From contig CM114271.1 of the NCBI GenBank assembly GCA_050084515.1, positions 48,174,001 to 48,238,000 on the forward strand: a stretch of 64,000 nt of DNA, given 5' to 3'. Of this stretch, positions 51,787-64,000 are shown in pieces; the stretch's first letter is position 1; each line of letters starts with the position of its first letter. Source of the DNA: Blasia pusilla. Lineage: Eukaryota. Made by a program: the position numbers and the translations under genes. Under the pieces are notes generated by a model. The model searched no databases, was not told where the DNA came from, and was given only the letters and a program-made list of their open reading frames with translations.

Positions 51787-54700
51787 GGGGCTTGTATTCT
51801 GGCAGGAGAGAGGAAGAGAGGAAGAGAGGAGAGTCTCTCTTAAAAAAATAGGGCCAAATCCGCCTCCTCTCTTCAAAAAATTCTGACATATTTGAAATTT
51901 TTGTTTGCTATCAAATTCATGAAATCTTTAGAAGAGAGTAGGTAGTGGTCCATATTCGGGCCTAAAGAAACCTCCTTTTTCCAAGGGGGGAAAAATAAGT
52001 AGACATCATAAGACCACTACAAAAATTTTTCCATCACTCTCCATGTGAGCCTAAGTTTCTTCACATTGCCTGTCTCAGTCTATAGTAAGGTGTGCCCGAG
52101 GGTATTTTTTTTGGAGGACCATTGGCAAATAATTTGACGAGAAGTAGCAATCTCATCTCAATGAAATTTTCAAGTAAAGACCAAATTTGTGAAATGTGAA
52201 CATATGAGACGATAATTCAACCAAAAGATTGTTAGCTGTCTGGAGTAAAGAGGAACTGATGTCCCTCCTGTCGGAATCACATGGCTTGCACCCCTTGCAA
52301 GCAAGCTCACCATAACAAAGGAAAGATTTTGAGAAGTGATTCCATTCCACCCTGCACCCAGAAAAATCCAATAGGTTGGGAATCCGAAATGGCAATCCAC
52401 AAGTAGTAGGAATCCAGCACGTCTTAGAGAAGTTAAGAAGCCTACAACTGGTCTGACAATACTAGGGGAACGAGCCAAAAGTGAAGAAGCCCTCCACAAT
52501 GCCTCAGAAGTTGGTCTCATAGGGAAAGAGTCTGATCACTCAAGGAGCCAACTTGTCGGAATCCGACAACTTGCCTGGAAATTGTTAAAAAGTTTCTTGC
52601 GGTGCTTTTCAAGGTTTAACTTCTCGGAATATTTGGTTGACATTTTGGATTGACTTCTCTTCTTGCAAAAGAAAGGCACAAGGAAATGCCTATAAATGAT
52701 TGTTGACTCTTCTTGCAGAAGGCATCAATACTCATCATACATTATGGAAAACCATTGGCAACATAGTACCAAAATGAGAATTGTTGAGCTTCCCCCATTC
52801 CCAAGTGTCTCTGAAGTGTTAATGTGTCATAAGACCTCACCCGGATGCGCATCGGGTACGATGCCAACCTCTCTTTTTGAAGGGATTTTTTCCTGCATCA
52901 TGGCCTCCCTCGAATTGCCCCATAATGAATGGTGTATGGTCAAGACCAACTTTGTGAAATGTGAACACACGAGATGATAATTGAACCAAAAGCTTGTTAG
53001 CTATCTGGAGTAAAGAGGAACTGATGTCCCTTCATTCACATCCTAAATCTGAGAAACCGAGAAGCTGCACCCCTTCCAACCCGTCGGAATTTTAGAGGTT
53101 GCAACTCTTGCAACCTGTCAGAATCACATGGCTTGCACCCCTTGAAAGCAAGCTCACCATAACAAAGGAAAGATTTTGAGAAGTGATTCCATTCCGCCCT
53201 GCACCCACGAAAATCCAATAGGTTGGGAATCCAAAATGGCAATCCTACAGGTAATAGGAATCCAACATGTCTTAGAGAAGACAAGAAGCCTACGACTAGT
53301 TTGACGATACTAGGGGAACGAGCCAAAAGTGAAGAAGCCCACCACAATGCCTCAGAAGTTGGTCTCACAAGGAAAGAGTCTGATCACTCAAGCAGCCAAT
53401 CTGTCGGAGTCCGACAACTTGCCTGGAAATGGTTAAAAAGTTACAGTGGTCAAAAAGTGAAAAGTTGCAACGCGTCGGAATCAGAGAGGTTGCAAAATAA
53501 ACATTATGAGTAGCTAGACGAACACAATCGAAAAGTCCAAAAAAAATATTCAACAAACTTTTACAAACACCATTATCGTTTGAAAAAATCTTGTCCTTTA
53601 TTACATCCGAAGGAAGCTCGGAAATGTACATTTGATCTAGTCTATGCTTTCTTCAGCCTCGTCATCTACAAATTTACTCCTAACTCTCCTAGGTTCTTAT
53701 ACAAAAGGAATGTCTTGGGATACAAGTGGCTCCTCCGGCCGATTGTAGAAGGGGATAAATTTTTTTGGCAAATTCAAGAGCCCTGGCCCTCCCCTAGGTA
53801 CACCATAACGGTCCGATGTAACCATATTTGAGTCCCACCGCCTTCCTTGGCAGCATATCTTGTACGTTCTGCAAGGTGACACGCATCCAGTATCAATATG
53901 TGCTCTGTCCTTGGAAACGCCATCATGGCAGTGTGACAGGTAGTAGGAATCCAACACGTCTTAGAAAAGAGAAGAAGCCTACGACTTGTTTGACGATACT
54001 AGGGGAAGGAGCAAAAGTGAAAAATCCCTCCAGAATGCGTCTAAAGTTGGACTAACAAGGAAAGAGTCCGATCACTCACGCAGCCAAATTGTCGGAATCC
54101 GACAGCTTGCCTGGAAGTGGTTAAAAAGATGCAGTGGTCAAAAAGTGAAAAGTTGCAACCCATGAGAATCACACGGGTTGCAAAATAAACTGTCACAGTA
54201 CATAGACAATCACAATCGACAAGACCAAAGAAGATATTCAGCAAACTTTTACAAACACCATCATCGTTCGAAAAAATCTTGTCCTTTATTACATCCGAAG
54301 GAAGCTCGGAACTGTACATTTGATTTATTCTATGAATTCTTCTGCCTCATCATCAAGTAAATCCCTACTCCAAAACGCTACAGTCAAGCTGGGTCCTTGA
54401 GTTCTTTGAACTCACTTGTCATCGTCCGAGAGCTCTTCCAAAATTACTGTCGGCCTGTCCCCTCCCGATTTTCAGAATCGTGGGAAGTGACGATGGTGTC
54501 ACTACCAATGGTGGGTCTGGAACCAAAGCTCTCGGCTTCGGAGGAGAGTTATACGCCCCAACTAGCATATCGTAATCTGCCTTTGCCTCTTTGCAAAGGT
54601 CAAAATGTTCCTGCCTTCCCTCAAGGCAGAGAATGTTCCTGCCACTCTGCGAGACGCCTCTTATACTCGCCCCTGAAAGGCCCACTAAATTGAACACCAA

Positions 54701-57139
54701 GTCACCCGGCCTTGAGTAGAGCTTGATGAGCGTTTGCATAAGGGCTGGTGACTTTTCCCTTGCATGTAAATTCCGGGGGGAGGGGGAATTGTATAAACTA
54801 TCTAAGTTGTACCCATTAGAGCATGGATCCATTGGATCCAGGATCTTAAACACTTGGAAGTTGTGCTCGGGCCAAAAAAAGCACTAAACATAGGTGGTCC
54901 ATCTGTAAAGAAGTAGGTTGGAAACAATGTCAGCAACAAGAAAGAGCTACTTGACCGCTGGTCTACTCTCAGTATGGTGACATAATGTGCAACACGTCCC
55001 CAAAGAAATTCTCTTAACCCCAGAGAACTTTGTTATAGTCCTAACATTGGAGCAACCTTTCAGAGTCCGACGGGTTGTTTTACAAGTGTTAGTGATTTTT
55101 TTTGCCATGAGCAACCTGTCGGAAGTCGACAGGTTGCTGGTTTAGAGCATCCCATGGTTGGCTAAGAGCAACCCGTCACTTTCAGACGGGTTGCATCATT
55201 CCAGAAACAAAAGGAAAAGCATAAGCACTTGCAACCCGTCCGGTTCCGACGTGTTGCATTCACCCAATGGAGACTTGTGGTAAATTTACAACCCATCGCT
55301 TTTAGACGGATTGCAACACCATAGTCACCAGCTCAGACGATCCGACGGGTTGCATGCAGAGATGCAACCCGTCGGAGCAAGACAAATTGTATATGGATTT
55401 AGAGCCCTTACGCGGATTTGACTCGTCGCCGATTGGAGTGGGAACTCGTTCTTGATGACCCACAATGACTCTTCACGCACTGCAGGTTGAAGAGCTTGTC
55501 CTCACTTCCTCCAGTCAAGACCAAGAAACAACCCCTGTCACTGAGATAAGCGTCTGCAAAGGAAAATAGAAGCGCGATCTGGTCATAGGTAAGAGGGACA
55601 TTCCAGTCCGAGACACTATCAGACGGATTGTCGTCCCACAAGTGCAACCTAGAGGGCAAATCAGCGACGAGGAGATCCACCGCCACCTCCTCGACCTCCC
55701 TATGGACCGTCCGGGAGCGTGCCCGTTTCGTTGAAGCTTCCATCCCAGCATTGTCAATTTTTCGATGGCGAGTATCGACTTTTAGGAACTGAAACTTTGC
55801 AGCTCATCCAGAAGATTCGTGCAGTGAATGATGACACTTGTCCGGGTTGTTGTTTCTCTATGTCTTCCCAAGGATGATGGAGTGTATTCCACATCCTGGT
55901 CTGCTCCTTGGGACAAACCTGGCGCCTCTCGCTTCTACTTTTCCCAAGTCTACGGTCGGCTTGTTGGGGTCTCTATTACCTCGGACTCTGTTGGAATTTT
56001 CTTGGGGGAGGACTTGGTCCGGCCCTCTCTCTCCGCTCGCCTGGATGATTCCGCCTCTGGCCTTGAATTCTCAGCCTCTCTTTTGGAAGACCCGGCCTCG
56101 GAATTCTTCGATCCCCTCGCCTTTGCTTTCAGACCCGTTGTAGATTTTTCCTTGGCGGTGATGATCTTGGACACTAGCTCCGCTGTCTCGAGGGCTTGCT
56201 CCTCCGCATCTCCTTCGAAAAAAGTCTTCATGATGCACGAAATTTGGGATGTCGTCCCTACCTGCGGCCACTGCATCATACACCCGTCAAAGATTATTGT
56301 CGGTGATGTCCTCGGGATCGTTGAAGTCCAGCCAGATCGGGCAATTCTCCACCTCCCAATCAGATATGCTTTGAGCCATCTCCATGTCGTACATGAAAAA
56401 TGCCTCTCCATCAGGCGGAGAAGCCCACAATTTGCAGGCTCCCAATATTTTTTTCCAGGTACCTGCATTCTTACAATGGATGAGTTACCTGAACACCATC
56501 CGTTGGGCTGCTCTTTGTCGAGATGCATCGGCCGCCTGCTCCTAAAGATCTCAATTCTTCTTTGCAAAATCTCTTTTCTTTGCCTCGATTTCTTCATCGA
56601 GGTGTGCCTAAGGGTGGATGTGATCCTTGAACATCGTTCTGAAGCCTGGGTTTTTCATGGGCTTGTTCCGGATGTCATCAAGCCAAAGTTTTAAATCTTC
56701 AGCACTCAGGTTTTGTTTCCTACGGAACACGCTCTATTTTTTTGAGCTCCGCTTGGAGACCTACGAGCATGGACTTCTCGAGAAGCCACATCGCGTCCCA
56801 AAATGACCAATTCACGGAGCCAGTGGGAGATCACTGGATGAGAGACACCTGGAGGATGGTGTGCCACCCTCTTTTGGGCCTCTATGCCCCCGAGACTGAT
56901 TTTCATCAGTTGGATCCTCGGAAATTCCAGACAAGGCAAATCTATGGATGCGGTCGAGAGACTTTTTCTCCCCAATCCGACCCTGCGGATCTTCGTCCCT
57001 CTTCTTCTGGTGCTTGATTATCGCCTTCAACTCCTTGTCAAAATCGGGGCCAAGTTTCGGGTTGAGAATGGCGATGTAGCGCTGCATCTTGCTTGCAGTG
57101 TACTTCGTAGCTGCAGATACTGCAACTTGGATGAACTTA
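51787..57139. mobile_element. Copy G: left terminus, triplicated left-arm unit, MTase exons (-)
   Basis: GGGGCTTGTATTCTGGCAGG at 51787; ORFs 54419-54853 (MTase C), 55408-55743 (VDLLVADLPS), 55950-56597. Confidence 0.85.
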
Positions 57140-60100
57140 GCAGTAAGAGGAGAGGAAGAGAGGAAGAGAGGAGAGAGGAGAGAGGAAACTACCTTCAACC
57201 GAAATAAATACTTTTTTTAAAGAGAGTTTCCGTTGGGTTGAAGAGAGGAAACTTTTTGTGTGATTTTTTTTGCACTTTTTTGCTCAGTTATTAAGCAGTC
57301 CCACAGTTTTTTTTTCCTCTTCCATATTTTGGCAACCCCTCTGAGTCTGACGAGTTGCAAATTGCACAAAATTTAGAAAACTGAAAAATCAATGGAATCA
57401 TAAGTGTGGAACCAATCACTTTTTCCATCCAAGGTCTGGAAAAAATCTATCATTTGCCCTAGGTTGAAAAGAGTTCAAGCTCAAAGTGAAGGTTCTGGAA
57501 AAATGAAAGTACAATCTAAAACCTCATTTTGCATCCTCAAAGTGGTTTGTTTAAAATACTTTGCACTTTTGTGAGGGATGAGGTGGTTGGTGGATTCCTA
57601 CTCCTACCTCCGACTCTCTTAAAACTACCAGCAACACATAGTACATGTGCTTACAAGGGAAATACCTTTTGCCACTTGTCTCTCTTTGGACAAAGTCATC
57701 ACATGAACATGTGGGAAAGCAACAGATGTGCACCACATACACCCCTGTGACACTTGAATTTACAGTGTTGTTCCTGACCCAATACATCCTTCCTATTCCA
57801 TTGCCACTTAAGACATCTTTCGTGGCGATGATCTCCATTTTTGCCTCCCGAGCTGATGCAATTCGCTTTGCTCTCTCCACCATTGGCCTACACATTCTGT
57901 TTCTCTTCACCCCATTTCTAGACTCAAACATAATAGTGGATTGAGATTATCCACCTTCTCCGGGTACATGTTGACGTCAATCTTGGGTTGAATACAAAAT
58001 GTGAAGGTCTCTGTAATGCGAACATGCTCCGAACTTCCTCCGTCTACGAGTCTGAAACCGGCACTTGTAAGATTGTCCACTTCATCTTGAGTGCAGTTCG
58101 TTCCTGCGGCGATGGGCCAAATGGTGGGGATATTCCCCGGAGCTCCAATGGCAGCCGGATAAGACTTCCGGAAAGGGAAAGATTCATTTGGGCAGAAGAA
58201 GTACTTCAATTGATCTCCGGTCCTCGTGAAACGATCAAAGGTTTTGAGTCCCCAAACCCCAAGCAGTGGTTGTCCAGTCTTTGTACAGTTCTTATTTAGG
58301 AAAGTGCCGCATGCTCTCCTTATGCCATCAGATCCTGCCCTACAAGTGGGTCCATGTCCTGGGTTGCTCCGAGATATATGCCACCGTTTTAGGTTGCAAT
58401 CCACCTCCATTACCGGAATCCCATATTGTTGAACCATCCCACCGACCGGATGTTGCGAACTTCTAGCAACCGAGGGCTTTTGAAATAAAACATTCACTGA
58501 TTTTGGATAAGTTACTCCATGACGGATTTGGGAGTGGTCCGGGGTCCCCGAATACCTGGGCGGCGTAATTTCCTCATCCAAATCAATCACCAGATTCGTT
58601 CCTCGATGCTGCCTCTTCACCTGCATGAAGTCAAGATACTTATATGGTCTCCACGAGTCTCGCTAGGACTACTCTACCACCATCTGTATGGGACGTCTTG
58701 AAACGCGCCCACAAATATCCCCACCAATGTGTACGTCTTGCTCGAGGGGAGTTCTTGCTACGCACCGGTTGAAGGCTTCCACATAGAGTTTTTCATCACT
58801 AGATCTCACAGCCGCCCTGACATAGAGCTCGTAGATCAAAGGCCCCCTTCCTTTTGTTATGCCTTTTGTGAGGAAGATATGCGATGTTGCAGACTGTAGC
58901 ATTGCTCTTGCCTGGTCTTGTTGGCATGCCTCCACAAGTGAAATTCATTGGCATGCTTGTGACGACCTCCAGGAGGAATGAAAACTTTCTGCTCCACTTG
59001 TGTTGGGGCAAAGGGCATTTTCATGAATGTTCAATCCCTGCAACGACGGCAATGTTAGAAGGGAAAGAAAATAGCTCAGAAGTCAAACTCTGCGTCGGGT
59101 TCCGACGTGTTGCAACACCCAGGAAACACCTACTACAACCCGTCCGATTCCGACAGGTGCAAGAACCTTTGGCCACTCCGGGCTGGAAGATCCAAGTGCA
59201 AGTCATCCGAAACCCATCCGGGTCGAACTATTTGGAGGCCTTGTATGCATGCGACTTGCATACTTGTATACGGGTTGCACCAAAATTCTTGATGCAACCC
59301 ATCAGTTTCCGACTGGTTGCACACTCAGGAAACCCGTCGGTTTCGGACAGGTTACACACTCGGGCAACCCGTCACATCCGACAAACTGCTTGGTTTCTTC
59401 GGTTTGAAATCCCTATAGTTCCCACGCTTCTCAACTTGAGCTGCAACTTTTCAAAAACTTCTCAGCGTGAGCTTGACAAGACGAAATAGTGAACTCACCT
59501 GCTGCATGAAGTTTCCCCATTGTCTCATACGTACAATCCACCGACTCAACCAAGAGCACAACTCTTTGTACTTCCCCTCAATCGCATGCTTCCTCCACCA
59601 CCCATGAAGTTCTTCCTGGCATTCCATGGCCTGCTTCAAGGTTTTGTTGTCCTTGCAGCGTTGGAGTAGAGTGACATGCTCTGTCCTCTTATTCTCCTTG
59701 ATGCAAGATTTGGTGTACCGGGGCACAGACTGTTGCCAATGGAAAGCATCCGACCTTTCCCTCTCCGGTTGAACCTCTCCACCCAAAAACACTTCCCTGA
59801 TAGCAATCCACCCAAGTTGTGCATTGTCCGCCATGAACCCATAAATTTACGGAGGTGGCCTTTTGTTTTCCTTCACCACCTCCAATAAGAGTAACCAGCA
59901 CATCTTCAAATTGCCAACGTCTTCTGCTTTTACTTCATAGACAAATATAGTTTTGAGTCCCTTCTCCACATGGTCATAAAGTGAGCACCCATTGTCAACC
60001 ATCCGTTCAACACTCTGTAGCAAATATCAAAGCTTACCCAGCTCCCGTAAATATCTTCCCCTTCCCTCATTCGATCTATAAGATCGAGGCCACTCGACGA

Positions 60101-63100
60101 ACCTGTGGTTGACATTTTGAAGACATAGGCCCTGGATCCCTCGCCTCCCTAGCCCATGAACTGCCATCTCTGAATGAAAGGAAATCTGGAGTTGGCCTTG
60201 ATTCTGGCAATGGCATCCATTTTGGCCGTCTTTCCATTCAATACCCGTATTTGACGCAGCAAATTCCGGAAGCATTCAGGATCAGCAAGAAATGCGAGAT
60301 TTTCCCAGAGTTATTTCTCCTCAGTAGCCGTGATCTCACCTTGTCCCGGGATTCCAAGCAATTGTTCACAAATTTGTGATGCTGTTGTGAGCTTGATCAC
60401 TCTGGGATTTGAACCCGGAGAGTTTCTATAGACCTCCGCCACTTTCTTCACGACATCCTCCTTGATGTGTCTGTGAATTGCATCGATCATAGGATGAGTG
60501 TGGGAGCCAACATGAACTGCCAACCTTGTGTACTCTGACGTGGAGCCCAAGTCGTGCACAATGAAAAATATGTATGCAGGACACGCTCCAACGCAGAAGG
60601 GGGATGTCTGACAATGAGGACATCGATGGCCTCCTGGCGGTATGGTGGCACCGACCTCATATGGAGTTTCTACATTCTTGGGGGGGAATTGCGACGTATT
60701 GACTCGCCCGTTGCGCTTTAGATACAGGTATGTTGGACTTCTACACTCCAAGGCTCCAACGCATTGGCGGCGGGAGACAATCCAAGGACCATCTGGAATT
60801 GAAGCACTAGTCCGTTGAAGCCTACACCATCGATGATAATCAGACTTTCTGTCCATACCCTTCAAGCGTCCTCCATCTTTCTTTTGAGCAGGAGCAGCAA
60901 GTGGAGGCAACTCAAACATGCAATTACCATCGTACGTGGGCGGCAACTCGTTGACAAGAATGTGCTTGAACATTTTCAAGGCCAGAGACGATAGCAAACT
61001 ATTGCCTGATAATCGCAAGAGGAACGAGTAGGCGGACAGAGGGCCCGGTTGGTGTCCGACAGATCCACTGAGGTTGACAACATCCGGAATATCTTCAGGA
61101 AGTACAACATTGTTACGAGCGTGTGAAGTTGGAGTCAAAGCCGGATCTACTGAGCTAGGAGTTGCAAAAGTAGAGCTCTGTGCACTTGGAAATTCTCGAC
61201 CGTCTACTTGGAAAACAGAGGAATTCAGGGGCAAGCCGTAAACTCTGTATTGCATATTTGCTAGAGGTAGAAGATTCCATACCTTACGGTCTGCAATCAT
61301 TGGCTGGACTGTCTCACCTATAATGTCCTCCGTACCGTCCACCCTAACATCCTTGGATACAAAGATGGTTCCAATTTGGAGAAGAAATCGAACTGAGAGA
61401 AAATTTTCATCCACTGCTATGAAAGACTCACGAGCTTGCGGTCGAATGATTTCTGATTGAGGAAGGGCCGCTAGATGACTACCACAAGTGAGCTTCACAT
61501 AATTATCCATTCCCAGAAGATTTCACCGGAAGGAGAGAGAGAATTGGTATGAGAATGAGAATGAGAATGTTTAATTTATAGTGAATAGGGACTCAGATTC
61601 TCCTGACAGAATTTGAGTGACAAGATGAAGTTTGGTAGTTGAAAATGTCTGACACAATGGATCCAATTCTATTGCAACCTATGGGAGTCAGGTGGGTTGC
61701 AGAATTTGGGAATTAGAGACGTTGGTTTCGAAGCATGCACTTCTTTTTGTTGGAACCCGTTAGAGTCCGTTGGGTTGGTACCCCCTTCTTGTCGACCAAA
61801 GGTTTTTTGAGTCGATTTTGCTAGCATCAACACAAGATATCGCTTGCATATGCTAAGGCAACCAATCGTTGGGGACTTTTGCGGGATTGTCCAACTCAGG
61901 GTAGATCTTGTGACCCGTCGGATTGCAATGGGTTGCCTCGGAACTATGCGTTGTCGCATTGTTACCCGAGGGATAGAAAAGCGTGCAACTTGTCGATAAC
62001 CAACAGGGAAGCCTAGTACCTTGCCTATTAACCCAACATAAGCAAAGCGTGCAACCTGTCGGCTTCGGACATATTGCACGCTTCTGCCTCACCTTGTAAC
62101 GCTAACATGAAGGAAGCGTGCAACCCGTCGATCTTCGACGAGTTGCGCGGGTGCCGCACCTTCTTGCCCGAAGACGGTGGAGGCGTGCAACCCGTCGGTC
62201 TCATACGGGTTGCGCAATTGCCTCACCTTGTGTTACTTACATTAAGGAAGCGTGCAACCTGTCTCTTTCCGACGAGTGGCACGGGCCGCACCTTCTTGCC
62301 CAAAGACGGCGGAGGCGCGCAACACGTCGGCCTCAGACGCGTTGCGCAAGTGCCTCGCCTTGTAACGCTTACATGAAGGAATCATGCAACCTGTCGGCCT
62401 CCAACAAGTAGCGTGGGAAGCCCACCTTGTTATCCCAAGACGAGGGAAGTGTGCAACCCACCGGAATCCGACGGGTTGCGCGGGTACCTCGCGTTCTTGT
62501 TCGAAGGCGGGAAACCTGTCGGTCTCCGACGGGTTGCATGGGAACCTCGTGTTCTTGTCCAAAGACGACAGAGGCGCACAACCTGTCGGTCTCCAACGGG
62601 TTGCGCGGGTATCTCGTGTTCTTGTCCGAAGATGACGGAGGCGCGCAACCTGTCGGTCTCCGATGGTTTGCCACGAGGACCGATGCCTTGAACCCTCGGG
62701 AAGCGTCCAACCTGTCGAAGCGTTCGGGTTGGTTTTTTTTCACTCAAATTGTCCAGACTTCCATAACGGCCGGCACGTTGCCGTCGGAAGGACGATGCGT
62801 CCCAACGATCAGCCCAATGACTCAAAAAGTATAAATAGGGGAAGGCTCGCTCATTTCCGGTTTTTTTTCGCGGTCTCAATTGCTCTTCCGCGTAGCAGTT
62901 GACCAGATACCAAGGGGTGATTTACACGGCGACTCATCGCGAGACGATTCGAGTGAACGATCGCGAGACGATTCAAGCGAACGATCGCGAGACGATTCGA
63001 GCTACTCATCAAGGCGACTCACCGCGACATTAGCAAGCTGACTCATCGAGGCTACTCATCGCGATATGAGCAAGGCGACTCATAAAGGCGATTCCTCGAG

Positions 63101-64000
63101 CTGATTCATTGTGCACACATAGCAATTTCCTTGTCCATAGGAGGCATTTTCGGAAACAATGACGAGGAAAAAATCTCAAGCAAACAAGGCTGGGAGCTTC
63201 ACTCCCAAGTCCATGAGGACTTCTGCTTCACCATCTCCAGGGCCTCGTTTGGCCAATGAGATAAGGTAGCAAGAAATCGAGGAGCGGGAAAGGGAAGCAG
63301 AGATGCACAAGCAGGAGCTTCTTGCAAAACGTGTACATGAGGCGCTCAAAAAATAGAACGCAGAGGCTGAGGCGTCGCAGGCATTGAAGAAAAGGTTCGG
63401 AGACGAAAAGTGAGAAAAGAAGCGTCTGGATGCGTCGGTAAGGAGAGCAGAATTGGAAAAAGCTCGAAGGGAAAAAGAAATTGCCATTAAAGAAAGCCCT
63501 GCCCGTCCAACCGAAAAATTTGAGATGCAGGAAATGTCCCCGATGAAGTCCGGGGACACAATCAATGTAGCGGAAACGGCCAAAGTTCAAGTGACGAACG
63601 ATGAGGTCACGAGAACCGCCAGCGTGGAGATGGTGGACATCGCTGAAGAAGCAGGAGAGCGGTCATCCTCGTCCCTAAGCCCGGCGGAAGAAATCGACCT
63701 CTATCGGATCCACGAGTTTCCAGTGGACTTGCCAGCTGCTGTCCTAGAGCAGTTGGCTGGCCTAGACACCGACCCAATCTTCGAGCGGGTAAGAGAGGAT
63801 TTGTATTCATTGAATTATGTGAAGGCCCATGTTGCGATTCATTGGAAATTCAGTGTAGCTTGTTGACCTTGTCCCCGCTGTGACAGGTGGTAAAGCAAAT
63901 GGCACTGATGGAGGGCCAGTACGTCCACAAAATTCAGTCTGATGCGGATATTGCGAAGCTGAAACAATCGGCAACGACAGCATCCTACGTCGACAGCTTC
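57140..64000. mobile_element. Copy H (reverse): right end, transposase (-), palindrome spacer, 5' part of ParB-MTase gene (+), running off the window
   Basis: GCAGTAAGAGGAGAGG at 57140; ParB-MTase ATG 63159, intron 63789-63886. Confidence 0.88.
57538..61510 (-). pseudogene. Full-length but disrupted MULE transposase (N-terminus to SWIM)
   Basis: 60311-61510 MDNYVKLTCG...CPHC...HTHP; SFDICY; MADNA...DAFHW; intron ~59497-59039; SWIM CSCDDF...PCKHM in 57551-57931. Confidence 0.88.

Noticed and set aside
55828-56694. Long antisense ORFs over the ParB-MTase gene (also 3273-4025, 28397-29017)
   Set aside because: Shadow frames of the - strand gene; boundaries are not conserved among copies

Overview
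Eukaryotic, repeat-dense DNA, most likely from a land plant with flagellated sperm (bryophyte, lycophyte or fern). This is inferred from spliceosomal introns, Copia/Gypsy/LINE remnants and an intact five-exon alpha-tubulin acetyltransferase (ATAT1/MEC-17) gene at 41282-46357. About two thirds of the window is nine nested, inverted or truncated copies of one large DNA transposon, estimated at ~12 kb by overlapping the copies. Every copy is disrupted by stops, frameshifts or deletions. The reconstructed element has two divergently transcribed, intron-containing genes. The first is a Mutator-like (MULE) DDE transposase with an N-terminal Cys/His zinc finger and a C-terminal SWIM finger. The second is a four-exon protein of roughly 1,200 aa that fuses a ParB/Srx-like domain (FFIWDGNHR ... 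AMHAMN) to a beta-class DNA amino-methyltransferase (N4C/N6A) fold with divergent catalytic motifs. The non-coding parts carry dozens of copies of a 29-bp palindrome, TGCAACCCGTCGGA-N-TCCGACGGGTTGCA. The ends are asymmetric GA-rich termini rather than true long TIRs. This MULE + ParB-MTase + palindrome-array combination is the candidate undescribed system. Other content: a Copia 5' end, a solo LTR with a 5-bp TSD, a Gypsy integrase-PHD remnant, two related LINE remnants, a decayed kinase-like region and a tRNA-Pro pseudogene. All domain calls are by eye from motifs; no database search was run.
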